A stretch of 64,000 nt of DNA from Takakia lepidozioides (lineage: Eukaryota; Plantae; Bryophyta). The stretch lies in the NCBI GenBank assembly GCA_030704615.1, contig CM060731.1, positions 16,740,001 through 16,804,000 of the forward strand, given 5' to 3'. The notes beneath the pieces were generated by a model that did not search any database, was not told the DNA's origin, and was given only the letters and a program-made list of their open reading frames with translations. The translations under genes were made by a program, and so were the position numbers. Positions 1 to 13,890 of this stretch are shown in pieces (within the stretch, counting starts at the first letter, position 1; every line of letters starts with the position of its first letter).

Positions 1-14
1 CAAGCCCATCTCTC

Positions 15-275
15 TTAGGGTGGGGATCCTACCTTTGAACAATAAACAGATGCAGAGAGGAAAAGGAGATTGTAATTGCCCAATGTGCAGGCAACACTTT
101 CTGATACATTGTCCGGAGCATTCACCAGAGAGTGACCCTCTTCAGGGTTCCTGCACCTCTGTTCACCAACTTTCAAAATCTCGAGACTCAGCCTAAAGCC
201 CTGGCCCTGTTGGGGTCTACCTTTTGGGCTGGTACACACAGCAGATTGATGCTTGTGTGAAGGGTTCTTAGAGGA
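15..275 (+). mobile_element. Diverged fragment from near the 3' end of the RTE/RTEX-like LINE family (in a myosin intron)
   Basis: Aligns by eye to about 61430-61725 (cctacctttgaac, tgtaattgccc, ttctgatacattgtccgg, cacacagcagattgatgcttgtgtgaaggg), with deletions. Confidence 0.85.
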
Positions 276-444
276 CCTGTTCTTTGAGCACATGCAGCTT
301 GGGTGGCACATTTTAATCTTCACAGCATAGGAAAATGCTAGGCACAACTATAGATACGTCCAACCTTGCGGAAAAGGCCAGTATCACCCCATGATTCCAA
401 ACAAAAACAGTACATAATCTAGACATTGTTGAACAATAACATAC

Positions 445-2998
445 CTCTGGTGATGCACACAACTGATAAAAGCAATGATAATTCCTTTCAGGATCGGCAA
501 TCTGGACGACACGGGACCTCTCCAAAAGATACGTTCGAACGGCAGCCCCTGATATCCGGCCGCTTCGATCAAACTGAATCTCCACAAACTTACCGAAACG
601 ACTGAATACAGCATCCACCATTGGCAACCAACAGACACACGTGTAAAAAAGTACGCTGTGCCTCTTTCATCTTTGCTTCAACATAATAACTTTACAGAAA
701 TTTCAAAGTGGCTGAAAGGAGTGGGTCTATCGACAGAACTAAACATCTGTCACCACAAAAGAAAAACTGGACTTAATACAAGCCATACCTTGAGTTATCA
801 TTGCGGACCGTTTTCGCATTTCCAAAAGCTTCAAGAAGTGGGTTGGACTGCAAGACACGCAATATAGCACATCCATTTTATGGTTAAAAGATCTACAGTA
901 TCAGATTACTTCGCTAACACGGAGTGGTTGCATGTTGATGCACAGTCTCCCCCCCAAAGCCAAAGCCACTTTGCTTCCAGTGTCCATATTTGATCACAAC
1001 TCAAAGTTCGTTCCAAATACAACTCGCCTCCCAAACACATCCACAATGTAAGGTGAAAAAGCGAAACCTCGAGAACTTGTTGCTCTACTGTTCGGCCATC
1101 AGTAGCTGCCCGACCACCCATATAGGCCAAATACTGCATGATCAACTTTGTTGTCTCTGTCTTGCCTGCCCCACTCTCTCCACTCACCAGAATGGACTGG
1201 CTTTTCTTCTCATAAACCATTGCCCTGAGTGAATCATTCCATGTAACCCACGTAAGCACAGATTAGCACAGTGATGAACACTCTAGAGACTAGTCAAACC
1301 GCTCAATCTAAGCCAAAAGACTTACAAGTAGCTCCCACACACAATGAGAAATAAAGTTTTAGAGCAAATGGAGGCCTTAAAGGGACAGCTTTATTAACAG
1401 CTAAAATCAGTTCTAGTTGACTGACAAGGTTCATATTGTGATAAAGGGTCTCCTCACAAATCCAAACACAGTAATGTTAACCTCAGGCGCAGGAGAGGGA
1501 GAAGGAAACACTAAAAATCAGTACTTTTCAATACCTGTATGAGGAGTCAGCAACAGCAAACACATGAGGACTCAGTTCCCCCAAGGGTGCGCCTCTATAT
1601 TGCTCCATCATGTGATTGTCGTACAGATGTGGAAGCTTGGCAAATGGATTCACAGCAATCAAGATGTTGCCTGTGTAGGTCTGTCATTGCAAAGAAAAGA
1701 TTGAGATTGGCACTCCCATAAGAAAAAAGTAACATATTGCTACGCTTGCAAAACAAAGGCTGGCTATATAAGGTTAATGTTGCACCCCTGCACTCAGCCA
1801 AGTGTGGCACACCAAGAAAACAAAAGCAGAGATAGAGCGACTCACATAAATCTCATCCAGTTCATATCTACTGGCAAGATTGTACAAGACACCTGGCTCG
1901 TGGAGGTATGCCAGCTTTGTCATGTCATCCACTCCCACAGGCTGTGCATCGGGATCCTTTGATTGCACATTGACCACGGATGCAACCACCTGCAAGTCAC
2001 AAGCACAACTTTGGCAAACCTAAGTTTCTGAAAGAGACAAATCCTCATATAGGAAACACTGTAGACTGCACTTTGTGCAGTAGCGTGTCATTGGCAATGG
2101 GCGCCAAGTGGCCCCTTATGAGACAGTCTTCCAGACCGTTTTCGATCATTTATTCACTTCCCTCACACACATATCCCAATAAATCAGCACAACATTGCCA
2201 GAGATCTTCCACAAAATGAGAATCCATACTGACTGGTGAGATGCACCATTGTGTCAAGCAGGCCCCACACTAGTAGAGAAGTCCACCATATATGTGGTAT
2301 CCAGCAGGGCTGCTGGTTCTTCGAAAGACTCCACCCAATGATTGAGCATACACATCAACAGCGACTCCATCATTGGCATCAAACTTAGGCACAGACATCC
2401 TTCAGCTTCTAACTCTAACTCAAGTAACATCTTGGGAACTCAACAGCAGAGACAATACTTCTACTAGTATCATCCTGTGAGAATTTGCCGAATTCCCTGC
2501 AAGTGTGGGGGAAAATGAGTGATGACAATGACAGCTATCATGATACAATTGTCACACTGAGGACTGCATAAATGAGTGTAATAGAATGCAAAGCCAACTA
2601 TCATTTCAGAAGGTAGTGTTTTCTGTATATTGCTTAGTGAAATAGAAATAGCCATGTATACTTTCCTAAATCTTTGAATAAACTTTGAAACCGTGTTATG
2701 ACATGTAAGCTCACAACCTAAACTCAAGCTCACGCAACAATATTCCATCATGAGCAGGAGTGGTCACAAACCACACGACTACATATCAAGTTGAACCAAT
2801 GTTCAGAAACAATAGGGCTTTTCACCATTGCCGACATATCGCAAAGTAACTGAAAGAGAATATACTCACGGTTTTTCCCTTGATAGTACAAGCCTTCACT
2901 TGCTTGCCATCCGTCTCGAGCACCTCTGCTTCCACCCAAGCCAACTGCGGATCCTCCACCCATACTTGGGATCCGACAGTGATGTTGATTGCAGTCGC
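445..2998 (-). CDS. MYOXI: Myosin XI heavy chain, 5' part (SH3-like N-terminus and start of motor domain); gene continues beyond the left edge of the window
   Basis: GT-AG exons read by hand: 2998-2870 ([21 protein letters not shown]), 1989-1846 ([17 protein letters not shown]), 1680-1535 ([13 protein letters not shown]), 1224-1068 (P-loop GESGAGKT), 847-789 ([19 protein letters not shown]), 601-445 ([10 protein letters not shown]...[10 protein letters not shown]). The start ATG is on an upstream exon; the best candidate is ATG|GTTGGT at 5079-5077 (inferred). Confidence 0.97.
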
Positions 2999-5900
2999 CT
3001 GTAAAATCTCAACCCTTTTTCATAAGCAATGGGCATTGGAAGACTGGCTCCATTTTCAATTCATATATGAGCGAGATAAATCACGGACACCTTCATGTGA
3101 GGAACTTCTCCTCTCAAAGTTCATATCTCTCTCCATCTAGGGAAGCTGCAAAGCACAAGAGACCCTCTGGCACTTTAAACACATAGTACCCCATTGACTC
3201 TTTCTATTCCAGACAACTTCAGCATACATCTTGACCACTCTCATGTACATGGAATCGGTGACCCTGTAAATGAGGGCTCCTTGTCTAGCTGCCTGTACAC
3301 CGTCTGCTGCTCTTCGTTGAATCCCTGGAAGCTGAATAGACGTGTGCTACACTAAGCTCTCTGAATCATGCATAGTATCCACAATGACCCATATAATAAA
3401 CGCAACCAAAAGGTCAAAAAACCCAGTGTCCATCTCTCTCATAGACCAAGCATTGCAGATGGTGAGGAGAACACTACCACAGAACAAGGGAGTCACAGAA
3501 AAAGAAAGCTCGGACCCTTTCAACTTGCAAATATACAGCATACCTAGCTACAGACCCCGACTGCCACAGTCCTTAACACTACCAAAACACTGAAGGGACC
3601 TCGCTAGCCGTAACTGAAGCTGACCATGTTCAAAGAGCTATGTGGTAGTTCAATCCCTGAGTATTTTGTGCACAACACGAATGAAAAACTGATACAAACC
3701 TCCATGGCATATATCAATGTGAAAGCCTAGTCAACTCTGAACTCATACTTGAGAGGTAACGGTAGATTAGCAGGTAGCCACATCCAAGGTAAAGAAGCAC
3801 ATGAGATGAAAACGAAGGCATCCGGACAAAACAACAAGGAGAAGAAACAACAACAAAAGGAAGGACTCCAGAAAGAATGCAGTCTCATCACTGATTTAAC
3901 ATGTTAACGGCTTGGAACGCAAAGCCTACCAGTCAGAAGGGGAAAATGTACAACTTAGCTGCACCTAGAGACCTTAAGTTAGTCTTCGACCCAAAATAAA
4001 AATGATGGTCCTGTGAGGCAAAAATATATTACAATATGGTCCAGGCAAACCTAACTAAAGTTACTCTGATTTTGCATTCCACAAGAATACATTAAGTCAC
4101 TGATGTATTACAGGAACTCACAACTGCGCTGATGGAGTTGGAGAAGGGCAAACGAGAAAGAAATAAAGACTGACAAACCAAGTATTAAAGATGTTAGGGT
4201 AGCAGAAGCACTCGAGAACAGGTAGCTAATCAAAGCTCCAGAGCAACTAGCAGTGCGCTCTTAATTTTGAGAGCAACCCCGCATTGGCTAACATTACTGC
4301 CTCAACATCTGCACTTCAGAAGTGCTCACAAGAGGTGAAGTTGCATTTATGCATTGCAAACTTCCTTGATCCATAACAGTGATCCAATCTGTCATCATGG
4401 ATAATTAGGAATGGTATTTTTCTTACAAATTAGAGATCTGGATTCATATCTGATCCAATCCCTGAAAGCACAACAAACCAGGTAGTCGACCATTCTGATT
4501 GAGAAATATAAATTGGAAGTAATTTGCGATATGGTTGTTGGAAAGCAAATATGTTGCAATACACACCAAAAGGCAAGGAAGCTTCTTCAGGTAAGATTCT
4601 GATCAACACAATATGTGTGCACACGAACCAATTGAGTGCTTCATTTTCCAGCTACACGAATTAAGGTTAATGCAGTCCAGAAACACCATCAGAGTTAGAT
4701 GCCAGGACCAAGACTATCTTGGCCACCGAAGCAAAAGATCCCTTCTCCCTCCCCGTCCTGCTGCCCCACAAGTTGTAGTCCCCTACAACTCTCACCCTTC
4801 CCTCAACGTCACTCCCTTCGACATACTTGCATCCAGAGGTACTTTGGAAGCACTGATGACTCCTCAATCCCGTAGCAACACTTTAAATTGACTTCTTTTG
4901 TCTGATCGTACTTTACTCTCCTTGAACCTTGGCCCTTCTCATAGGCAATCTGTCGAAAAAAAGCAGGCGGCCTTTGCTCCTTCCCCTGGCTCGTAAAGAA
5001 TGTCAGAACCAGAAACAAATGCACGAAAACAACCCTTTCACAACAAGAAATCATCGGCAAGGTAACCGAAACCAACCATGAGTGGCTAGCGAGCTCCGCT
5101 GCAGACAAGGGCTCTCTCAGATGAGGGTTTGCATAGCCACACAACGAAAACCTGCCGCGATAACCCCACAATCTTTGCACCCCTTGGCACTTCCTCGCAC
5201 TCTTTCCAGGCCTCACAAACAAACTACGCTTCCAAACAAATATCTGTAGCGGTCATCAGCTATGCTGAACATCTATCCTGACAGTTGAGCTTGCCCTAGA
5301 GCTTCAAAGCGCCTCCTCAAGCCGGTCCAAACTCCAAACTCCCTAGCCCATCTCACCGCCACATCTCTGCTTCGTCTCACCGCCTATCCCTCCTGCAAGC
5401 CCCTCCACCGCTCCAACCACCGCCGCTTCTACACTACCCCCAGATCGCTCTCGTCCCTCAAACGCCCTGTCAGCACACCAACTTCTCCAGCTTGCACTAA
5501 AATTCCTACGTGCTGTCCATACTCCTCGGAAACTCGAACTTCTCTTCAATTCCTTCCCCTGCCCCCAAGACTTTTTCAAACAATTACTGGAAATCCCATG
5601 CAAACTGAGAGCCAGGCAACCGACGCAGCTGCAGCCGATACCTCATTATGTCAGTTTGCGCGAGAAGAAGGCAGAGAAGGCCATGTGAGGAGGGAAAGTT
5701 TTACTGCTGAGAATGTACAACTCTAGGGCACCAGCCGTGATGTCCCCCCTTTCAACCCCCTTTCCAGGGAGTTGGGCGCCAAATTAGTCCGACCAAACCG
5801 GAGGTTTATGCTTTGCTTACTTCATCATTCCTTCCCTCGCACACCATGATCGCTCTCACCCAATCAAACACTCCAACATTACTGTCTTTCAATGCACTGA

Positions 5901-6268
5901 TCCGTGGGTTGTGTTGTCCTAAAGAATGATACTTGGGTTGCTGTCATTCCTCCGAATTACTCCAGAGACACAAGCTGTTTTCGAGCTACAAAGATTACAT
6001 TAGTGCTCGAGACTTGGACTCTTGCCAGCCACTCCGTGCCAAAAACTTTTATATCATTGAAGAAAGCGAGATGGAGTGCAATTGTTTCGCAGGGTGGAGG
6101 CCAAGATTGCTGGGGTTTTGAACACGGAACTAGCTACCCACTTCGAAATTTGAAGGAATTTGGGGGTACTGTACACAGTGTAGTGGTGATGATGGCGGCT
6201 GGTTGCTCTTTATGGGATGTCAACGCTCTGTGACTTCGATCTTTGTTTGAGGCAGAAGATCTGGGGTG

Positions 6269-9200
6269 ATGGCGTGCAGGTTGTGGATCGTCTTCTTGCT
6301 GGTGCTGCTGGTGGGGCAGGCAGCGGGGAATGTTGTTGAAGGAGGGGCGAATGCTGCTGAGAATGAGGTAGAGGATGAGTATGACGAGTTGGAGGACTGG
6401 GAAGACTTGGAGGATGAGGGGGAGGGGGAGGAGGTGGAGGGGAGCCCTAGGGCGGCAATCATGGGACGCGCTCAGAAGCTGATGGTAGATGTGACTGACC
6501 AGAATGTGGATCGCGTGATGGGTGCTCACGAAATTGTGTTATTGCTAGGATATGCGCCGTGGTGCACTCGCAGCTCAGCATTGATGCCTGAATTTGCTGC
6601 AGTGGCTACCACTCTGTTTGAAAGCGGGAGCAACGTGCTGTTGGCCAAACTTGACGCCACTAACAATCCCAGAGCTGCATCCCGGTACAAGGTTAAAGGT
6701 TTTCCCACTCTTCTCTTCATCACAAACGGGACAGAGCAGCTCTACAACGGTGGGCACAGAAGGTTAGTGCTCCCCACTTTGTCTTTATCGTGTTCCAGCA
6801 CCAGTAGCTCCCTCTCTCTCTTACTTTTTCAACGCCGCCTGCCTCTCTCCCGTTGCATGAACGGGGAGAGCTCGTGGGACAAGAATGCATCGCATATAGA
6901 GAAATCTACAACAGAAAACCAGGCCGAAAGCATGAAGACGGAGCACCTCGAAAATGTCAGCTGCCAGGAACTTGTTCAACTGCAAAACGAAATGGCCAAG
7001 GGATGAACCGCATCTCAAGAGACAGTCGCATCAGCCTTACAATGTTAATCAGGTTGCAATGGATCTTTGTAAGGGAGCCCAGTTTCACTTCGTTTTTGGG
7101 AATTGAGGGAGAATTTCCAGCCAGAAAGGTTGAGATTTGAGGGCAATGCCCACATTGCTGCACCATGAGGCATTTGCCAGCATGTAGTTGAAGATTGATA
7201 AATTTGTGTTCATGTCCTTGCCTGAGAAAGTGGGAGATGAAGAGTATCTCTTGGAAGGACTTGTCTTCAAGCCTTTCACTCGATTATGAAAGACCCTCAT
7301 GAATATCAGAATGCTGAATGTGCAGGGATGAAATTGTGAATTGGGTACGGAAAAGGACGGGTTTTGCCGCAACCACCATTTTGACTAAGGATGAGGCGAA
7401 AACTTTCATGAGCAAGAATGGGACAGCAGTTATTGGTTTCTTTGACACATTTGAGGTAAAAACTTCATTAGATTGACCTAGTATTGACTTGTTGCAGACA
7501 TGTGCCAACTTATTTCCAGCGAGGGTGTTTGTAGTGATGACTGTCGATTGTTAAGCAATCGACTGGTGAGTGTGCCAGGCAACAGTTGACACCTAGGTAT
7601 GAGGGAAGTGACTTACAGTTCTCTTGTCAGGGACCAGAGTATGAAGCATTTATAGCTGCAGCCGAGGAGGAAGACGGAACAGAGTTCGTGCAAACTACCA
7701 GTCCTGAAGTTGCACAGATGTTTATGAAGCCACCTTCTATAACATTGCACAAGCAGGAACCTGACTACTTCAATTCTTTTGGTAAGGCCTAGTTACACAT
7801 ACTTCTTGGGTTTTCTTCGTCAAGGTTGAGTACAAGAACTGAGCCTCTGATGAACAACATTTATTGTCTAGGTAATGGTTTTGGGAATTTATAGTGATTT
7901 GGGTATTGGCCTTTAGCCTGAGAGTCTCGGAGTATATATATATATATATGTTTCCTGTCCTTGGAGAAGTTCTAAAGTCTGACATGTTCAGAGGTTATAG
8001 GTATCTAAGTTCGTGAAACCTAGTATGGCTGGAGCTTTGATGTGAAGTCAGCAACCAGTCATTATCTGGCAAGATGTGGAAGGATGGCTTATTGTGAAGC
8101 ATGGGCAAGGTACTGCAGATGGCATCTACAACAAGGTGGAAATTAGATCATTCGTGGAGCTGAACAAGCACCCTCTCGTCACACACTTGAGTTCAGGCAA
8201 TGTTGGCAAAGTTTACTCAAGCCCAATCAAGTACCATGTGCGTCTCATCTTTGACGTAGTTCTAAAATGAGCGTGCTAATGTGTTCGTATATTGTATGTT
8301 TCTTTGTGTAGATTTGTTCAAATGACATACAACTAGTACTTTTAGGGAGGTAACTGACGAAGGCATTGTTTCTGGGTTAGGTTATACTTTTCGCCGACTC
8401 CGAGGACTATGTGTCTGTGCAACCATTTTACCAAGCTGCAGCTAAGGACTTCAAGGGCAAGGTTTCACCCATATGTCGTCCTAACCAGTCTTTGCTTCTT
8501 GTCTGGTCCTATCAAGTTCTCAGTTGGGTGTGTCTCTACATGTTTTTGGTTGTAGGTTGCCCTTTTAGTGTAGTTACAGTTTAAGGCATGATAGGATGCT
8601 GGTTTTCGCTCAATGTCAGTTGTGAGCATTTTCAGTGAGTGCAGTATTGGCAAGTGCATAAGGATTAGCCACTTATGAATCTTGCTTAACCTTAGCACCC
8701 AGCAGGTTGAGTACTCATTGGGTTGTTAATCTTTCTGCAGGTCATGTTTATGGTCGTGGATCTAGCAGATGAAGATTTTTCCAGGCCAATGCTTGCTCTC
8801 TATGGATTAACTGATAAATTAACTGTAAGTGGAGGCTCAAAAGTGTGGTCAGCTGCAAGACTTTTGTGATTTCTCCATGTCATCACCATATTCACAGTGT
8901 ACTAATAGCCTTACAAGTAGTGGCAGATACATGGACACATTTGTCTCTGATAGTTAAATGTTGGATGTACTATTAATAACAGAATATCTGTGAAGCAAGT
9001 TTTTCTGGAGCAAGCTGTTGGCTGAAATGTTTTGATGTCTTCTTTAGTGGATGCTCATGATGGGAAACTGTTGTCTCGGTTGCAAAAGGTGGTCGGATTT
9101 CACAACGGCGATGGCTCTAGGTACCTTCTGGACTCGGTAGTAACGGCCAACAGTTTGAAGGTGAACTTCCTGGCTTTAGCAGCGTGTTCTGGCTCTCAGC

Positions 9201-12047
9201 ATGTAGAAGATTCTTGTTGTTCAACTGATTATGGAAGGAGTTTAACTGTGAAGCTGATTAAAGGATAAACTAAGCTACGCTGGATTTCTGAAATTCTAAG
9301 TGATTACAAAATTCTGAAGATAGTCTGCATGTAAGCTGACCATATACCTGTTGGATGTTCATGACTACCTTGAATTGTCCAATGTGTCAGGCTTTCGCAT
9401 CAGATTTTTTGGATGGGAAATTACCACTACATTACAAATCTGCAGCAGTTCCCACAGAGGTAATTCAGTTTTATGCTGCTCCTACCTAGATCAGCAGGAG
9501 GTAGCTGAAATTGTGTCATATACTTTCTATGTGAGTATCTAGAGATAGTGGAGGATTTGGCACTGCTGACTTCGTTGGCCTCAGCTGAGTGCATGGGGGG
9601 GCTTGTATCTCTCTAAATTTTCTTGGCAGTGTTTTGTTTGAAGAGTCTTCAGGGTTCGATGTGTCATGCGAACCACAATGTGTGAGGAGGTTGACAGCCA
9701 ATCTTTGAAATCGATTGAGATAAACCTGACTATGTTTGCAATTACTTAGCAATAGACATTCTTTCAACTTCCAAAACTCTTTATTTGTGTTTCACAATCC
9801 TGCAGGATGGAGGAGTGGTCAAAATTGTTGTAGGGAAGACCTTTGATGCAATTGTGCTGGACAAATCCAAGGATGTCTTCATTCAGGTAGATCTTTTTCT
9901 TTCACTCTGGTTACGAATGACTAGAATTACTCTTAAAGCTGGAACACACGGCCTTCTCCCTTGTTGCTACATCCAGTGTGGTTGCTAGGTCCATGTCACA
10001 ATGAGTAGTTTGAGTAGTATTTCACATATCTGTCAGCTGAGATTGTGAGGTTAACGAGCATGACAACACCATGGGAGTTCTGTGGGTCTGTGGTTGGGGT
10101 TGGGGTTCACATGAAGCAGGTATACACACCATGGTGTGTGGCGTGTGATAAGGTGAATCAAGTGTTTGAGAAGCTGGCACGGCATGTGAAAGGAGTGCCT
10201 TCGCTGGTCCTAGCGAAGATTGATGCCTCTGCCAATGAACATCGTCTTCTCCAGGTTACTTCCTCTCTGTTTCAATCTGCTAAAACTTGAAGGAGCAGTG
10301 TCTTGATGTCATGTGGAGTGAAGTGTATGGTCATCTGTTGGTGCCATATTTGTGGGAACTTATGCTTTCAATCTGATTTGTGAGGGGAGTGTTAGCCATG
10401 CAGAAATCGGAGTTGGTAATCATCCTGGGCTTGAATCCATGTGAGGCAATTCCTGGGGAACAGCTTTCTTTTTTAAGACATTTGAGCAAGCTGCATATAA
10501 TTCATAACACTTCATCAGAATAGATAAATATTTAATTACAACAGATTGCCAAGCTGTTTTTGCAACAATGTGTTACTTTGTCACAGGAATTGTTTCCCCT
10601 AAATATCTACTTTCTCATGTTTCGCAAACTGTGTTGACGGTGGTTTAAGAGCTTTTGCTGGTGCAGTATGCTAGTACTTGTGTCGAAGGATAACACACAA
10701 ACATGGCAGCTTATTAGGAGTAATCTAAGGTCTTGTTTAATAAAAAGATAGGGACATTGTTACGCAGGTGCATAACTATCCAGCATTGCTCTTCTTCCCT
10801 GCAGGCAACAAAGACAGTCCTCCGGTAAGCGTGCCTTCAAGCTTCATATTTTTGTTGACTGTGTATGTCATCTTTTTGCACTTGCCTTGCATCCAGAAGA
10901 GGTTTCTGGGTCCTTGCATAGGGATGCAAGTTAGTAGAGGGCGAGAGCGAGGGACAGTAATTAAAGCCTAGGTAGTTGTGTTCAGATGTTAAAAACTCCA
11001 CTGTGTGCTTTGGCTATGATGTACCTTGTAAGATGCCCCTCAGAGCCCTCAAGCCAATCATAGAGGTTCTTGCAACCAACCATAAGGAAAGAGTGAAGCT
11101 AGAGATTGTATGCAGGAGCTATTATAAGGTTTTGGTAGAAAGACACCATCTGGTAAAAGGATTAAGTTTCACTAAAATAGGGATGGAGGAATGAAGAGCC
11201 ATTTCCCTTGAGCATATTCTCCTACACGCATTCATTGATATGGTTTATAGATCTGTGTTAAGGCACTAGCAACATGTGGATATTTGCACTGTAGGTATTG
11301 GCACCTGCTCGCTCAAGCTTGAGACAATTTTTGCAGTTTCTTAGAGACCAAGCGACTATCCCCTTCAATCTGTCCACGGTAGATGGAAAGAAGTCTGAGG
11401 CTGGCAAGGCTGACGCTAAGGCTGTCGAAGTTACTGTTGATGCTCAAGATCAGTCCATGACAAATAAATCATTGAAAGATGATGTCAAGGCTGATGGATT
11501 AGATGGCATGGCTCCTAGAGATCATGCTGGGGTTGATCCATCATTGGAAGATGATATCAGGGCAGATAAAGAGACTGCAGCTGCTACATTTGGGGCCAAG
11601 CAACAACCGGAAGATGAGGTGAAGGCAGATGAGGAAGCTGCTAAGGATCTTCTAGACCACTCCACCAATCAATCATCAGAAGATGACAAGAAGGCACATG
11701 AAGAGGATATGGTTGCTCGAGATCGCTCCATGATTGATCAACCTTTGAAAGGTGATGTCAAGGCAGATGAAGGTGCTCTGTCTCCTAGAGAGCACTCAGT
11801 CACAGATCAATCATCCAAAGTTGATATCGCGGATGATGAAGAAGATACCATGGCTACTACAGATCAGTCAGTGGTTGATCACTCATCAAATGATGATGTT
11901 GAGGCAGATGAGGAAAATGCTATGGCTGCATTGTCGGTATCTGTGACTCAGCAGTCGTCAAAAAAGTATATGGAGGAAGATGAAGTTGTTGTGGCTGCTA
12001 AAGAGAAGTCTGCGAGTGATCAATCATCACCAAATGATGAGCTCTGA
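6269..12047 (+). CDS. PDIL1-5: Protein disulfide isomerase-like, PDIL1-5/1-6 (PDI3/PDI4) type, a-b-b'-a' domains, with acidic C-terminal repeat extension and NDEL ER-retention-like signal
   Basis: Signal peptide plus acidic N-terminus; a-domain site WCTRS, a'-domain site WCVAC. 12 exons: 6269-6762, 7326-7455, 7631-7781, 8119-8237, 8381-8461, 8741-8824, 9089-9160, 9391-9459, 9806-9886, 10120-10254, 10768-10824, 11295-12047. All introns are GT-AG and phase-compatible. Confidence 0.93.
11448..12030 (+). repeat. Coding tandem repeat, about 8 degenerate copies of a 22-24 aa acidic unit in the last PDI exon
   Basis: Recurrent DxSxxDQSSxDDVKADEE-like unit (gatcaatcatca / gatgatgtcaaggcagatga motifs). 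Confidence 0.8.
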
Positions 12048-13110
12048 ACAAATGCATTGTGTTGAGCACGGATTTGAAAGACATAGCTGCTTGTCTTACA
12101 AAGAATTGAGGTGGATGCTTGTAGTTTTTGACCATGACGCTGAGTTCTAGTGGAAAAGGACCAGTGGGTGGTAAAGACCATCGTACTGTTGTTATATGTT
12201 TGAATGAGGCATTTCGAAATTTGTCAAATTTGTTCACTTTCCACTGATGAGCATAATGTAAGTTCATACCTGGTTTGGTCATAGTCCACAATGCATGAAC
12301 TGGCCTACTCTTAGGGCTACCTGAAGATCAGCCTGACTTGCTTTTCTACTAAATCGCCCTTCAACACTAACAAACCAGCACCATGCTGTGTGTTCCTGGG
12401 GAGAGTGCAATCACAGTTTTTCACCATAGAATAGGCTACCTCACTCTGAGAACAGCAGCCATCCATCAGGACAATCCTTATGCCTACAGAAGGGTTGCCA
12501 ATGAACAGGCACCATGCAATTCGCATCTCATCTCAAGGCAAGAGGCAGGACAGTGCAATACATAATGTGCCGGGCAGTAATGATAAATATCTGCATCGGA
12601 GTTGTGCTAAAGCATAATCGCGAGAGAAAGAGTTTACTCATGCCCTGTATCCGACACTGAACTGCTTAGGGGTGAGACGCAATTTTTCTTTGCTGGAGAT
12701 GTGAGTTTTGTGCACAGGTTGAGTTATTAGACTCCAATGTTGACACTTCACAAGATCTCAGAAGCATCCCTATCATAAAATGACACCCAGTTAGATAACT
12801 CAAATTTATATTGAATTTGACAAACACGCTTACAATGACAAACACGCTTACAATGAATCAAAATAGCAGAGTCCACTGAGCAAAGATATTTTGGGAAGTA
12901 AAATCACTTCCCACTGGCTCGGCATCCCTGCACAATTTGACTCAAGTGGACTTCATCTGTACCTTTCATGACAATACTCCTGCACTAGCACTACACATCG
13001 GTTGGCCAGGCCATTCACCAGCTTGGTAACTACAGGAAATCCTGACTCATACCAATTGTGCAAAATGCCAATAAGAAATCCACCTGACTCTCACTGATGG
13101 GACACCCATT

Positions 13111-13277
13111 GAGAGTCATTTCTCAGTAGTCAACTGACTCACAGTCTCCTGCCTCCCATATCACCTGCAATAGCCAAGTCAAATATATCTAGTTCTAAGA
13201 GAGTCATTTCTCAGTAGTTAACTAACTCAGTCTCCTGCCTCCAATATCACCTGCAATAGCCAATTAAAAAATATCTA
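13111..13277. repeat. Tandem duplication, ~88 bp x2
   Basis: gagagtcatttctcagtagt...tatcacctgcaatagccaa starts at 13111 and again at 13199. Confidence 0.9.
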
Positions 13278-13890
13278 TACTAAAAAGGTCCAAACGGCTG
13301 AATCTGCAACTTGAGATGGTGGCCAGAGAGGATTGTAATACCCACTGCAAGGAAGGCAGGTGCTTGGGAACTCCCAGAGGATTTTTATAGTATCGATTCT
13401 GGTAAATCTACCCTATCCACGTAAGAGGAGAGACACTGAAGTCAGACAACGCGGCAGCTTACGCATAAAAACCATTTTCTGATTTCAGTAACCTTGTCTG
13501 ATAGAGATTATGTGGACATACATGGTTGTACGGTTGTTTTTTTTGAGGCGACCACCAAGGCTCTTGATGGGACTCACACAACCAGAATCCTGGGGACCAT
13601 TTTCCTCTAACGATTTAGGAAAATCTGATGGTCGCATTCAATCATGGTGTCAGGGACCCACGCACTCAAACCCAAGAGGATACAACAGTCAAACCACAAA
13701 AGAACCTAATGGTTAGGTGGGATTCAGAATATATTACTGGAGAGCGGCAAACAATGATAGTACAACACACAATAGTCCTTCAATTCATCCAAGCATTCCC
13801 ATCTACAGTAACAAGGCAATACAGCCATACCAAGCCGTAACCTTGCTTCGCCAGCATGTTATCAATCTGTCGAGCCACGAAGTAGAAACG

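Noticed and set aside
6763-7006. ORF-track extension of PDI exon 1 to 246 aa
   Set aside because: This is read-through into intron 1. The donor at 6763 joins in phase to exon 7326 and restores the thioredoxin fold.
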